Of a stretch of DNA of 64,000 nt, positions 13,846 through 29,078 are shown piece by piece. The notes under the pieces are model-generated. The model was not told the DNA's origin and did no database searches. It worked only from the letters and a program-made list of their open reading frames with translations. The DNA is taken from the NCBI GenBank assembly GCA_951406725.2, contig OX597815.1, positions 4,030,001 through 4,094,000 on the forward strand, read 5' to 3'. Every line of letters begins with the position of its first letter. Position 1 is the stretch's first letter. This DNA is from Octopus vulgaris (Eukaryota). The position numbers and the translations under genes were made by a program.

Positions 13846-14350
13846 CCGTAAATCCTTGAGTATAATCCACATTTTTTTCCCAAAATTTAAAGGCCAAAAC
13901 CCCTAGTGCGTACTATATACGAGGTTAAAAATGAAAAATATTTTCTTAGCAATGTCCAAGTCTCTATTTGCTGTCCGGCAATGTTTATTCAGACGCATTT
14001 TGTGATGTCGGGCACGAAAATACCTTAAGCTAAGCCTGAAAGCAATGAAGTCATAAAAGAATCATCCATAACTTGCAGTAAGCAACATTTATTAAACGTT
14101 ATTACTGTTATTTCTTTATTTTCTGCAAACAAAATGCACAAAAAAGTAACACGTTTCCATTATGTTGTATATACAATAATAATAAAGGACATTACCGTAT
14201 ACATTTTTACAAACCAAGGACGTTATGTAGACCTCCTTGACTAATGTTAGAGAAGGGGTGCGTATTATACACAATGTTTAGGTTTTTCAGAGGCACAGCC
14301 CCCTAAAAATCCCCTGTGTATTATACTCAAGGGCGGATTATACTCAAGGA

Positions 14351-14354
<4 letters not shown>
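13846..14354. mobile_element. Tc1/mariner/pogo-type MITE
   Basis: TIR TAAATCCTTGAGTATAATCC / GGATTATACTCAAGGATTTA, subterminal repeats, TA flanks. Confidence 0.75.
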
Positions 14355-14449
<95 letters not shown>

Positions 14450-14467
14450 TATATGTATGTATGTATG

Positions 14468-14516
<49 letters not shown>

Positions 14517-14527
14517 ATGTGTGTGTG

Positions 14528-14581
<54 letters not shown>

Positions 14582-14846
14582 GCACGTTAAGGAAGTGTCT
14601 TGTGCTAAAGCCCAGGGCTGACGCAAGCCTTGTGAGTGAATTTGGTAGGCGGAAACTGAGTGGGAACCTCATAGGTGCAGGCGTGGCTGTGAGGTAAGAA
14701 GCTTGTTTCCCAACGACAAGGTCCCGGGTTCAGTCTGAAAGAATCCTGTCGAGTGTATTATCTTGTATTAATCTTTTTAATACTTTTTGATAGTTATATA
14801 TATTTAATAAATTTTTTCTAAAATAAATAAATAAATAAAAATAAAA

Positions 14847-14943
<97 letters not shown>

Positions 14944-15045
14944 GGTGTAAACACATAAATGTGAAACAAGGTGGAAAAAAGAGTACTCAAACACCAGTGG
15001 TAGAGTAATATGCCTTATTTAAAGCAGCAGAAAATTCGACAAAAC

Positions 15046-15083
15046 CTGTTACTCTGAGTTTCACGCTGCCGTTCGTCGGACAG
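15046..15083 (-). ncRNA. Type I HHR, CCGACGA core variant (family H2)
   Basis: ctgt-CCGACGA-acg-gcag-cgt-GAAA-CTC-a-GAG-TA-acag. Confidence 0.8.
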
Positions 15084-15110
15084 TTTTTGCTAGAATCTTT
15101 CTAGTAAAAA

Positions 15111-15148
15111 CTGTCCGACGAACGGCAACGTGAAACTCAGAGCAACAG
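15111..15148 (+). ncRNA. Type I HHR (H2), inverted twin with cleavage triplet mutated to GCA
   Basis: ctgt-CCGACGA-acg-GCAA-cgt-GAAA-CTC-a-GAG-CA-acag; GNRA loop 2. Confidence 0.7.
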
Positions 15149-15180
15149 GTTTTGTCGAATTTTCTGCTGCTTTAAATAAA

Positions 15181-15238
<58 letters not shown>

Positions 15239-15453
15239 TAATAATTTTAAAGTTTTTACTTTCAATTTAAATATTTTAAATTTTGAATTTTATATTTTAT
15301 ATATTTTGTATATTATATTAATTATTTTTATTTCTATGTTTTGGTTTATGTTTTTCACTGTTTGATTTGCCACATAGTGGTCTTATCTCTGATTTAATTT
15401 ATATGTGTGTGTGTGTGTGTGTTTGTGTGTATGTGTTTGTGTGTGTATGTGTT

Positions 15454-15508
<55 letters not shown>

Positions 15509-15585
15509 ATACAGAAAGAAAGACAAAATCGCAACGAATCATTAAAGATGTGTTAAAGAATTTTCTTTGTCTTATCATTTGGTAC

Positions 15586-15652
<67 letters not shown>

Positions 15653-15656
15653 TGTA

Positions 15657-15748
<92 letters not shown>

Positions 15749-15921
15749 CACAGGAGTGGTTATGTGGTAAATGGATTGCTTACTAACCACATGGTTCCGG
15801 GTTCAGTCCCACTGCGTGGTACGTTGGGCAAGTGTCTTCTGCTTGTGAGTGGATTTGGTAGAGAAAAATTGAAAGAAAGCCTTTGTATATATATATGTGT
15901 GTGCGTGTGTGTGTGCGTGTG

Positions 15922-15989
<68 letters not shown>

Positions 15990-16082
15990 GGAAATGTAAG
16001 TGTATTCATATCCACACATGTGAATACGTGTCAGACAAGGTGCGAAGGACAAAGGTAGAGCAAAATATTATATATACATATA

Positions 16083-16484
16083 CTCTTTACTCTTTTACTT
16101 GTTTCAGTCATTTGACTACGGCCATGCTAGAGCACCGCCTTTAATCGAGCAACTCGACCCCGGGACTTATTCTTTTTGTAAGCCCAGTACTTATTCTATC
16201 GGTTCTTTTTGCCGAACCGCTAAGTGACGGGGACATAAACACACCAGCATCGGTTGTCATGCAATGCTAGGGGGACAAACACAGACACACAAACACACAC
16301 ACGCATATATATACATATATATGACGGGCTTCTTTCAGTTTCCGTCTACCAAATCCACTCACAAGGCTTTGGTCGGCCCGAGGCTATAGTAGAAAACACT
16401 TGCCCAAGGTGCCACGCAGTGGGACTGAACCCGGAACCATGTGGTTGGTAAACAAGCTATTTACCACACAGCCACTCCTGCGCC
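16083..16484 (-). mobile_element. SINE family 2, full length
   Basis: Complete head, core, microsatellite and tail; close match to 49515-49925. Confidence 0.88.
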
Positions 16485-16731
16485 TATATATATATATATA
16501 TTAATAAATGAAATAAAACATATACATATATATTAATAAATGAAATAAAACATATACATATATATAAACATATATGTACGTACCTACCTCTACATGTACA
16601 TATACACGCATATATGAGTACAGGACACCAAAAGGACGTCGAACACAAAGAGAAACGAAAACATAGACACAAACCAATGGAACTGGACATTTTTTTAAAA
16701 ACAACAAAAAAAATGGAGTACAGGACAATTA

Positions 16732-16793
<62 letters not shown>

Positions 16794-16870
16794 CGTCAAG
16801 ATTCAAAATTATTTTACTTTATTTCAATGTGAAAATTTTCTGAACCTGTTTATAAATAAACGCTATATCA

Positions 16871-16919
<49 letters not shown>

Positions 16920-16981
16920 ATCATATTATTATTATTATTATTACTATCATCATTATCGTCATCGTTATGTGTATGTGTGTA

Positions 16982-17275
16982 TCTATATATATATAAAGAT
17001 AAGCATGTGTGTCTGTGTGAATCCCTAGAACTCGAGAACTACACAACCGATTTCATTCAAATTTTACACATGCCTTACTTAGGGTCCATGTAGTGTCATG
17101 GGCCAAAACAATTTCAACTTCTTGCTTAATGCGAGCCCAGAGCAATCTCTTATCTCTTCCGTATTATTTCAGTATTACGTGTTAAAAGTGAAACAATAGC
17201 ATCTCTCCATTGTAACGTCAGATACTTTCACTTTAATACTGAAACTATTAAAGCGAAACTATTATCTCAAATATC
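16982..17275 (+). mobile_element. Helitron 5' fragment
   Basis: A|TCTATATATATATAAAG start; homologous to the 5' part of 21436-22456. Confidence 0.7.
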
Positions 17276-17500
17276 TCACATATATACATGTATATATACA
17301 TACATATATAATATATATGTTGTGTAACATATATATATGTTACATCTGCACATATGTATATAGATAGAGATGTATATATAGAGATGTATATACATAGATG
17401 TATATGTATAGATGTTTATATATAGATGTATATGTATAGATGTATATACATACATATACATACATTTATACACACACATACACACACATACATACACACA

Positions 17501-17554
<54 letters not shown>

Positions 17555-17566
17555 TATATATATATA

Positions 17567-18000
17567 GGTGCAGGTGTGGCTGTGTGGTAACAAACTTGGT
17601 TCCAAAACACAGGGTCCTGGATTCAGTCCCACTTGTGGTAACTTGGCATGTGTTACTGCGTGGCACCTTGGGCAAGTGTCTTCTACTATAGCCTCGGGCC
17701 GACCAAAGCCTTGTGAGTGGATTTGGTAGACGGAAACTGAAAAAACCCCGTCGTATATATGTATATGTATATATATGTATGTGTATGTGTATATGTTTGT
17801 GTGTCTGTGTTTGTCCCCCCAACATCGCTTAACAACCGATGCTGGTGTGCTTACGTCCCCGTAACTTAGCGGTTCGGCAAAAGAGACCGATAGCATAAGT
17901 ACTGGGCTTACAAAGAATAAGTCCTGGGGTCGATTTGCTCGACTAAAAGGTGGTGCTCCAGCATGGCCACAGTCAAATGACTGAAACAAGTAAAAATAAA
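17567..18000 (+). mobile_element. SINE family 2, full length, with small insertion
   Basis: Same motifs as 3892-4360. Confidence 0.85.
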
Positions 18001-18295
18001 AGTGTATATATATATATATTCATATGTATATATATATATAAGTGTATGTGTGTGTGTCTTTGTGTCTGTTTTTTCCCTCATCACTGCTTGACAACTACTG
18101 TTGGTTTATTTACATCCCCATAACTTATTGGTTTGACAAAAAGAGACTGATACAATAAGTACCAGGTTTATTCGACAAAAATTCTTCAAGACAGAGTCTC
18201 ATATTTTCGTTTGCCCACTCAACTGTATCTATCAATCTATTTTTCTGTGCATGTATGTATGTATGTATGTATGTATATGTGCATATATATATATA

Positions 18296-19987
18296 TCTAT
18301 TGTATAAAAGTCAATGTCTTTATGTGTGTTCGTGTGTTACTTATACATTCGAAAACTGCTGCACCGATCCTAATGAAATTTGAAACACAAAATCCAAGCC
18401 CAGGGAATGCTGTGTGTTTCATACAATTTCATGGACCAAAATTACTGAATGGATCCTTATAATATTTGGAACTTAGATTGAATGCATAAGGGCGGGTATA
18501 ATGCAGTATGTTTTGGTTTGAATTTCGGATGGCTTAAAGGGGGCAGAACCCCCATGAAAGTTCATAAATTTCCGATGTTGATGAAATTTCAACCGTATGT
18601 AATTGACACACATCAAGAGAGGATTCTAAGACATCCTAATGGGGGGCCTTAACTCCCAAATTTTAGTCATTTTTTATGATCCAAAACTAGGTCAAAAGTA
18701 CTGAATGGATGTTTATGAAATTTGGAAATGATATTCTATGCATAAGGATAGATGTAATGCAGTATATGTTTGAAAGTTAGGAGGCATAAATGAGGCCATA
18801 ACCCCCATGAAAATTCATATACTTTTGCCGTTGAGGAAATTTTAACCATAGATATTAGACGCAAATGAAATAATATTTCTAAAGTTTCAAATTCTTAGAA
18901 GTTAGTAAAAACCCTTAACGGGGGCTTAACCCACACAATTTAGTCATTTTTCCTAAACCAAGACGAATACAATTGTACTCTTGGAAGCTGTAGGGTTACT
19001 CGAGCATAAAAGATGAGCGTTATTTGTAATTCAATGGTACAATAGTGTAAGACTTTACTTTGAGATATACTTAGATAGTGATTTCTGCAATGTGGTGCAT
19101 AAATTGTCAAATAAAGGAGAGGCATCTTTGCCTCCACTGATTCAGTTGCAAAATGTTGAGTAAATTTATTTGGTTTTTAACCCCCTTTGAGTTATTTTAT
19201 TATCACTGGGTCAGAGGTAGTCCCCAGATGGTAACATTGATTTCAAGGCCTTCCCAGAAAAGTGACTGGTTATTCAAAGAGATTTATAGATTGCAAATTT
19301 ATTCTGTCCTATCGGCATAGTGATCATTGGCAAACTCCAGAGGTGACACTTTCATTTCCCCTTAGCACTCACGTCACACAGTTGTTAATGTTTATTTGAG
19401 TTGGGTCACACCCTTCCAATTGATATAGATCCGTAATGCATCTTACGGAATCCTACATTGGGGAATGGTAACGTCTAGGGTAGGGCAACTGACTGCTTAT
19501 TGTGATCAATCGTCTTTTGGTTTCCTGTAGCTTTGCTCTCTTTTACAAACCCAGTGAACATACATATATTTCCGATTTCAAAGAAATTTTAACAATAGAT
19601 ATAAGACCCAAGTTAAAAAGATTCCCAGCAATTCAACTTCTCTGGTTGACTTTAAGACAACCCACTCCCCACCCCAATAGGGGACTTAACTCCCACATTT
19701 TAGAGATGCATAAGCTCCATTTTTCAGGAACAAAAACCTTTCATTAGGTTCCATAAGATTTGAATTTTGGAATCTGGGCATAAAGATGAGTTGTATGGGA
19801 TAAATGTGTCATGATTAGACTTTTAGTTAGGGTGTGTAAAGAGGGAAAGAACCCTCATTAAAATTCTTCGTCTGCAATTTTGATTTAATTCGAATCATGG
19901 ATATTCCAGTTCATTCAAGAAAATATAAAAGAAAAGTCTAAGTCTTCAATTCCATGTGATACGGGCAACATCAGGTATCTCTGCTAG
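18296..19987 (+). mobile_element. Non-autonomous Helitron (~1.7 kb) with internal ~255-bp diverged tandem repeat
   Basis: A|TCTATTGTATAAAAG start, ACGGGCAACATCAGGT..CTAG|T end; repeat units start ~18438 and ~18693. Confidence 0.75.
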
Positions 19988-20013
19988 TTATGTATATTTG
20001 TTTGTATATGTAC

Positions 20014-20044
<31 letters not shown>

Positions 20045-20125
20045 TTCCTGAGCGCCCAATAATACTTTATTTGTTCCACATCCTCGCGTTGTTGTATTTT
20101 TGTTTTCTTGTTTGGATTAACTTTA

Positions 20126-20171
<46 letters not shown>

Positions 20172-20814
20172 TAGATAGACAGTTTACATATATATATAAA
20201 TATAGATAGATAGATATAGATATAGATTTTTTTCTTTCTTTTTTCTTTTATTTTATTTTTTTAGTTTCAGCTCAGAGCTGCGGCCATGCTGATACACTGT
20301 TGTTTTGTGCTACAGGTATTACTATATATATTCTTTCTCTTTTATTCTTTTACATGTTTCAGTCATTTGACTACGGCCATGCTAGAGCACCGCCTTTGGT
20401 CGGACAAATCGACCCCAGAACTTATTCTTTGTTAGCCTAGTACTTATTCTATCGGCCTCTTTGGCCGAAACAGACCAGAGAGAGAGAGAGAGACAAAGAG
20501 ATATCTTTCATCTTTTACTAGCTTCAGGCTTTTGACTGCAGCCCTCGTATTTGAGCACCGCCTGAGACTTTGGTCAAATGACTCAACTGCAGGAATTACT
20601 TTTATTAAGTCTGAAGCTTATTACATCAGTCTCTTTTGCCGAGCCACACAGTTACGTAGACGTAAACGAACCAACAGCGTTTGTCAAGCGATGTGAAAGG
20701 AGAAGCACAGACACAAGAACAGATACACAATCATAAACACGTACAAATAAATAGTATAAACATACATGCATACATGGATACAAAACATAAATACATACAC
20801 ACACACAAACACGC

Positions 20815-20863
<49 letters not shown>

Positions 20864-20894
20864 TCACACACATTCACACACACACACACACTCT

Positions 20895-20931
<37 letters not shown>

Positions 20932-21263
20932 TATATGAAATAGATGTTTGCTTTGTCTTAACGTTTGTTGTCCTCTTTAACAATTATATATCCGCCCCAT
21001 CGGAAATCTGCAATGGTTACCATCTCAGCTATAACCTTAGGGCCCTAGTAATCCGTTACAGCGATTACCTGGCGTAGCTAATCGTTTAGATTACTTGTGA
21101 ATTAAACCCCCATACTCCGTATGTATATAGATATTTGTGTGTGTGAGTGTGTGTGTGTGTATACGTACATATATATTGTATATTAAGAAAAACGAAGAAC
21201 AACAACGCTAGGACGTGGTACATGTAAAGTATTAGCAGACGCTCAGGGAAGGAAAGAAAGATG

Positions 21264-21299
21264 GTTTAACGTTTCGAGTAAACGCTCTTCTTCAGAAAC
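21264..21299 (-). ncRNA. Minimal type I HHR with canonical core (H1-related)
   Basis: gttt-CTGAAGA-a-gag-cgttta-ctc-GAAA-C-GTT-aaac. Confidence 0.85.
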
Positions 21300-21364
21300 A
21301 GAGGTAAGTGCAATAGAAAAAGAAGATGGAGGAAGAAAATCGCTAGTGATTCACGTGGTTACAT

Positions 21365-21435
<71 letters not shown>

Positions 21436-22456
21436 CTAGCATTAAAGACCCGTCGTTGCCGGGTCATAGTGCTAGTGCATGTATATATGTGTGTATATGT
21501 GTACATATTACATGTACATCTATATATATACATCTACACATAAAATACAAAATACAAAGTTATATCCTGATATCGCTAGTGATAACAATACTCAAAATAT
21601 ATAACAGACTGGAATTGTTAGCCCGTCTCTTGTAATTTCGATCAATTGTATCTTGTCCTCCCTCTTGTATAAAAGTGTGGCTACAATCGAGCCTACCTCA
21701 ACTTCTGGGGGGAGGGGCATTTTAAATTTTTTGCCGGGAGTCCTACGTCCCAGATATAAAGGTAAAAATAAAATATTTCTACTTTGCAAGTTCGAGTCGA
21801 GTACTCCCTTGCACGCTCCGTTGACTCGAACCTTGCTTCTATTGTGGCGAATTTACCGCCTCTGATTAGATACCATTCATAGTCGCACCAAGACACTTTT
21901 CGAAGGTGCTTTCCTCCATGTGTTCAAATCTTCTTTTTTCTCTACATTGTATACTTTATAGACAATAGTCTTTTCTTTAATTTGATTTTTTATTATCCAT
22001 CTGGACTATACCATTTCTGCACGCTAATTTTATTTTTAATTTATTCCCATTCATGTGAAACCACTTATTCAAGTTCAAGTCATTGATGCAATTTTATACC
22101 AATTGCTATTTTTACTTTTGTTATGTTACTTTTGTTTGATTTTAATTATTACTTACTACATATAATTCAATTGTTATTATTATTTTTATTATTAAAGTGA
22201 AAGTATCTGACATAAAATAGAGAAACGTTTTTGTTTCACTTTTAACACATAATACTGAAATAGTGGAGAAGATATGATATTGCTATGGGCTCGCTCTAGG
22301 CAAGAAGTTGAACATTTTTTTTGCCCATAAACTACATGGACCCTAAGTAAGGCATGTGTAAAATTCGAATGAAATTGGTTGTGTAGTTCTCAAGTTTTAG
22401 GGAAACACACAGACAGACAGACAGACACACATTCTCAGTTTTTATATATATAAAGA
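21436..22456 (-). mobile_element. Non-autonomous Helitron with captured internal DNA
   Basis: TC start; GACCCGGCAACGACGGGTC hairpin then CTAG|T. Confidence 0.82.
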
Positions 22457-22572
22457 TATATATGCATATATATATATATATATATACATATATATATACA
22501 TATATATACATATATATACATATATATACATATATATATACATATATATACATATATATACATATATATATG

Positions 22573-22606
<34 letters not shown>

Positions 22607-22924
22607 TATATATGAAACGTAGAGTAGATGAAACCATGGCGACTGAAGAAGGGGAATTTTCCTTGTTTTGTATGTCCTGTACTCTATTTTTTTGTTGTTT
22701 AAGAAAAATGTCCATTTCCTTGGTTTTGTGTTTATGTTTTCGTTTCTCATTGTGTTCGACGTTTTTTTGGTGTCCTGTACCCATATATGCATGTATATAT
22801 ACATGTAGAGGTAGGTACGTACATATATGTATGTATATATGCATATGTTTTATTTATTAATTTGTTTTTATACGACAGAACGTACACATCCATTTCTAAG
22901 TAAGTCTGTTCTTAATATATAAAT

Positions 22925-23097
22925 ATATACTTTATTTAAAAGCAGCAGAAATATAAGAAAAGCTGTTACTCAAACGTGAAACTCTGAGTAACAGCTTTTG
23001 TCATATTTCTGCTGCTTTTAAATAAAGTATATTACTCTACCTCTGGTATTTGAGTACTCTTTTTTCCACCTTGTTTCACATTTATGTGCTTACTCCG

Positions 23098-23098
<1 letters not shown>
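22925..23098. mobile_element. Family H2 element beginning in the HHR 3' half, with 5' fold-back
   Basis: cgtGAAACTCTGAGTAacag plus inverted copy of the downstream ~45 bp; related pieces at 23360-23420 and 33825-33960. Confidence 0.75.
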
Positions 23099-23144
<46 letters not shown>

Positions 23145-23305
23145 TGTCTGTCTGTCTGTCTGTGTGTGTGGGTATGTGTGTGTGTGAGAAAATGAAATGA
23201 ATTGAAACGGCTTTTCTGATAGTGCTAATACGAATACAAAAGAGATAGTTGAATAACTGTAAACCTACTTTTGGGCCACCCTGTGTGTGTATATATATAT
23301 GTTTG

Positions 23306-23364
<59 letters not shown>

Positions 23365-23931
23365 TTTATTGAAAAACAGCAGAAATGTCACAAAAACTGT
23401 TACTCAGTTTCGTGTTCACGTTCGTATATTATGTATGTATGTATGTATGTATGTATGTATGTATGTGTAAGTATATATGTGTAAGTATGTATGTGCGTGT
23501 ATATGTGTGTGTATGTATGTATGCGTGTATGTATGCGTGTATGTATGTATGCATGCATGCATGTATGTATGTATGTATGTATGTGTAAGTATGTAGGTGC
23601 GTGTATATCTGTGTGTATGTATGCATATGTATGTAATTATGTACGTATGTGCGTATATATGGTTGTACGTATAAATGTATGTATGTATGTATGTATGTAT
23701 ATATTCTTTTATTCATTTATTTGTTTCTGTCATTTGACTGTGGCCATGCTGGGGCAACGTATTGAAGGGTTTTAGCCGAACAAATTGATCCCAGGACTTA
23801 TTTTTAAGCCTAGTACTCATTCTATCTTACTCCTTAGCCGATCTGATAAGTTACGGGGCCGTAAACACACCAACACCGATTGCCAAGAGGTGTTGCGAGG
23901 ACAAACAAAAACAGCGCACATAGATATATAA

Positions 23932-23971
<40 letters not shown>

Positions 23972-24227
23972 TACCTATCCGCGATGCTAACGTCTGCTGT
24001 GTATCGGGAAACACGAGATCTTTAGTTCAACAGCGGAAGACGCGGTGAAAAGTTTTTCAAGCCCGTTCCTCTCGTTTAATTCACATAGACATACAGTCAT
24101 AGCACCTACTACCTGTCAAGGCGTTGTGCACTCTTAGAGATATCCTCTTCAGAGGAACTAAGATGGCACTGCCTTGTCTGATGTACATCTATGGACTATA
24201 TGTAAATGTGTATATATATATATATAT

Positions 24228-24378
24228 AATACAGTGTACATTTAAATACGTTAAGAGGTATCCAACATAGGACTCCCTTACGCTAGAAGGAACAGCTAAA
24301 GTCCAAACCACTAATTAGGGATACAATCTCGAAGGGAATGAAAAATAAAAACATTTACCATCTATTTCCTGGACCCTG
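24228..24378 (-). mobile_element. Family R fragment
   Basis: GGTC|CAGGAAA, GTAAATG...TTCCTTCTAG, hairpin. Confidence 0.65.
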
Positions 24379-24389
24379 ATATTATTAAT

Positions 24390-24432
<43 letters not shown>

Positions 24433-24459
24433 TATATATATATTCTTTAATTCTTTTAT

Positions 24460-24644
24460 TCTTTTATTTGTTTCAGTCATTTGACTGCGGCCATGCTGGA
24501 GCACCGCCTTTAGTCGAACAAATCGACCCCCAGGACTTATTCTTTTGTAAGCCTAGTACTTATGCTCTCGGTCTCATTTGCCGAACCGCTACGGGGACGT
24601 AAACACACCAGCATCGGTTGTCAAGCGATGTTGGAGGGACAAAT

Positions 24645-24677
<33 letters not shown>

Positions 24678-24845
24678 CATATACGACAGGCTTCTTTCAA
24701 TTTCCATCAACCAAATCCACTCACAAGACTTTGGTCTTCTTGAAGCTATAGTAGAAGACACTCGCGCAAGGTGCCACGCAGTGGATCTGAACCCGTAACC
24801 ATGTAGTTGGTAAGCAAGCTGCTTACCACACATCCACTCCTGTAC
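24460..24845 (-). mobile_element. SINE family 2
   Basis: Head, core and tail on the minus strand. Confidence 0.85.
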
Positions 24846-24949
<104 letters not shown>

Positions 24950-24972
24950 TTATATATATATGTATTTATATA

Positions 24973-25008
<36 letters not shown>

Positions 25009-25104
25009 TATGTATGTATGTATGTATATATTAATCTAGATTCACACTCTCTTAGATTCGTGCCCTGTATGTACATATCTCAATGCGCTCTCGCACCGGT
25101 GTGT

Positions 25105-25151
<47 letters not shown>

Positions 25152-25597
25152 GTAAAATATATTTTCTAGCACTTAGCCGGTGCCGTGTATAAAAGAACAC
25201 GTGCAGCAAAAAAGGATCCACCCTCCATAAAGGTGTTCAAATATGTATACCCGACTGGTGTTATGTACCTGCCTTGCAAGCCGGCCCTACCCATCTTACC
25301 TTTTGCTTAAACCGAGCAGCCGACATAGCGACAGAACGCCCACCTGTCAAACTGTCTGTCCGTCAGTCTGACTGCATGCTTAAGTGCCGGCGACTGCTTT
25401 CATGTTTACCTGCCGGATTACCAGTGGATAATGTATTGAACGGGAGGAACTCAAGAAAACGGATTGCGGTTTCGCACCCCATATGGAGAAAGTGATGGGA
25501 CTGCGTGAAACAACAACCCTGAACTTCGGTGCAGACCAAATGAGAACAAAAGACACTTCCCTATCCACTATACACCACAAATGCAGTACATACATAC

Positions 25598-25647
<50 letters not shown>

Positions 25648-25649
25648 GG

Positions 25650-25890
25650 TCATAAAATACAGTGTATATTTAAACACATAAGGAATCCACTCTTGGGATT
25701 CAACACGCTAGAAAGAACAGCTAGGTTCTATAACCACAAAATTAGGGATAAAATTCGACAGGAACGAAATGAAAAGATAAAAACATTTTACCATCTAATT
25801 ACCATTTAATTTTGTGGTTATAGAACCTAGCTGTTCTTTCTAGCATGTTGAATCCCATGAGTGGATTCCTTATATGTTTAAATATATATA
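25650..25890. mobile_element. Family R fold-back fragment
   Basis: Near-perfect inverted arms ~25665-25744 and ~25807-25886. Confidence 0.75.
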
Positions 25891-25942
25891 TATTTCATCT
25901 AGTTTCAGCTCACGAGCTGTGGCTATGCTGGGGCACCACCAT

Positions 25943-25974
<32 letters not shown>

Positions 25975-25975
<1 letters not shown>

Positions 25976-26388
25976 AGCATTGCCCAAACGACTTCAGCAT
26001 TAGCTTCAAAATTTATCCAAGGTTAGGACCACGGGCCCTACATCACCTATTCAATTCAGGATCACAACTTATAAATACACTGCAACATAATTCCTTTTCC
26101 TCAAAAGGCCCGGCCCTGTTTAAGATTGTCCCGAAACAGATCAAAGAGGAACAGGATCTCATCACCTTTAAACGGAATCTGGACAAAATTCTTCAAGGAA
26201 TACCGGATGAGCCACCCATACCTGGATACAACTAACTCAACAAGAACTCCCTACTCGAATGGGTCATTACAAAGGATTTACAAAGCTTTGGCTTACAAAG
26301 GATTTAGATAATCCTATCAGGTGGTGCTATTAAGTTAGACATTGACTGAACCAATCTTTGGTCGAAACATATCTAAGTTATCTAAGTA
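25975..26388 (+). mobile_element. CR1/Jockey-group LINE 3' end
   Basis: NSFSSKGP..F...PK.I......FKRNLDKILQGIPDEP-like peptide; stem-loop tail GACC-AATCTT-TGGTC-GAAAC. Confidence 0.7.
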
Positions 26389-26486
26389 TATATATATATA
26401 TATATATTAACAATTGAGGATAAAATCTTTAAAAGAAATTATCAGTAGTCTTAGCGTGTTGGTATCTACGAATAGTAGTACCCTCA

Positions 26487-26590
<104 letters not shown>

Positions 26591-26739
26591 CTTATATATA
26601 TATATATGTATGTTTGTATGCATGTATATATATAAACTTAGATAAACTTTGATATGTTTCGACCAAAGATTGGTCCAGGCCATGTCTAACTTAATAGCAC
26701 CACATATATGCATGTATATATACATAAATATATATATAT

Positions 26740-26859
<120 letters not shown>

Positions 26860-26954
26860 GTGTATATATATATATATACGTGTATATATATATATACAGT
26901 ATATACATAGTATATATATGTATGTATGTATGAATATACCTATATACATATGTA

Positions 26955-27023
<69 letters not shown>

Positions 27024-27377
27024 GTGTGTGTGTATGCATGAGTATATATAAAAATAATCCTTTAGCAACATGCAGGAAAAAATATCTCTTTTACAGATAT
27101 TTCGTTTTATATACAACTGGCTTATAACTATATTCCTAGACTTAGTTTCTGCATTTGTATACGCGTAAGTGTGTGCTTGTGTGTGTGTGCGGGTGTACAT
27201 GTTTTCTCTGATATGAATGTATCTATACATGCATACACTTACCCATCATGTATGCATTCATCCATTTAAATAGTTTCTCTAACTGTACCACAGTCCGCAT
27301 TCCAGTTGGAGGGGGGGTAAGCATAATTTATATACACACACACGTTATATTTATATATCTATACATATACATGTATG

Positions 27378-27440
<63 letters not shown>

Positions 27441-27752
27441 GTACGTATTTGTATGTGTGGGTGTGTGTTTGTATGTAATTACAGTGAATCCCAGATAGAC
27501 ACGTAGATGGGACGGACCAATTGGGGTGTTATTTACAGAGATTCTGCGAATTACTTCCTACATCAAAGAAATATTTCAATATTTATAAAAGGACGCCACA
27601 TATCCAGGTTGGTCGATTCTCTGCTCTGATAACAACCGGTGCCCCTGCAACAGTGCCATCCGTGAGAACTTACCAACATTTATTCCTCTACAACTGACAT
27701 GCCTCACTTCAACAGCATACTGCACATGTAAACTGAATCTACATACATATAT

Positions 27753-27816
<64 letters not shown>

Positions 27817-27844
27817 GCATATATATATAAATATAAATATATGT

Positions 27845-27895
<51 letters not shown>

Positions 27896-28282
27896 TATAA
27901 ATATACACATGTATTGAAATTTTTTTCTGATTTTCCAGATTTTTTATATGCTAGGCTACTGGTTTTAAATTGATATTAATTAAATTAATATTCAATTTAT
28001 CTCCCTCATTATTTACATGCATACATATTTACATATGAAAATATACATACATGTATATACACACACTATATTTGTACATAATTATGCAAATGTATACAAA
28101 TATTCATACACACATACACACACTTGCATACATATTTACCCCCATTTTTTCTTTCCGTTTTGGGTTTATATACCCAAATATTAGACTGTATATATTGACT
28201 GTATCTCCTCCAATATGGAGCGAAAACTTATAGAAATATCTATACAAATTTTCACTAGTCACCATTTCTTAACTTACGCAGA

Positions 28283-28378
<96 letters not shown>

Positions 28379-28905
28379 GTATATGTATATATGCTTTTTC
28401 AATATCCAAATTCGCTTATCGCCTTTTGGAATATCTACAGGCATGAAACGCTCTATAACTTTATAACAATGCCAAAGAATTCACCAATGCTGAAAATTTC
28501 CAGAGAATGTATAACAATATGTTGATATATACCAATGTGCCTCACCAAATATGAAAAATGTACAGTTTTCTGAAGAAAACACACAAAAATCACATTTTTT
28601 CAATGAATTTACGACATTTATAAAAACATAATTAAATGAAAAAAATTGCTGGAAAATTCAATATGAACCATTCGTTTTTTTTTTTTTATCATTATTCTTA
28701 CCATTTGTTTACTGTTTTTTCTTTTGTTTTGTTTTTTCAGAATTTTAATATTATATTTAATACAAAAAATATTAAGTTCAAGTTATTTATTGAATGTACA
28801 TTGAAATTTTTTCTTTTTCTTTTTCTTTTCAAATTTGCCGCTTTTAAAAGATTTTAGCTGTCCTAAAACGGAATGCGGATCTCTGTAGAAAATATGGTCA
28901 AACTG

Positions 28906-28946
<41 letters not shown>

Positions 28947-29037
28947 AGCTGGAACAAAGCATTAAATTTCAACAGTCAATAACATTTAAAAAAATAAGCA
29001 ATGTGCACATTTATAGATATGTATATGTGTGTATGTA

Positions 29038-29078
<41 letters not shown>

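Noticed and set aside
22613-22665. GAAACGTA and CTGAAGA close together
   Set aside because: Order and stems do not form an HHR; at most a truncated 3' half
26345-26375. Stem-loop plus GAAAC resembling an HHR half
   Set aside because: No CUGANGA; it is the LINE/SINE 3' tail hairpin
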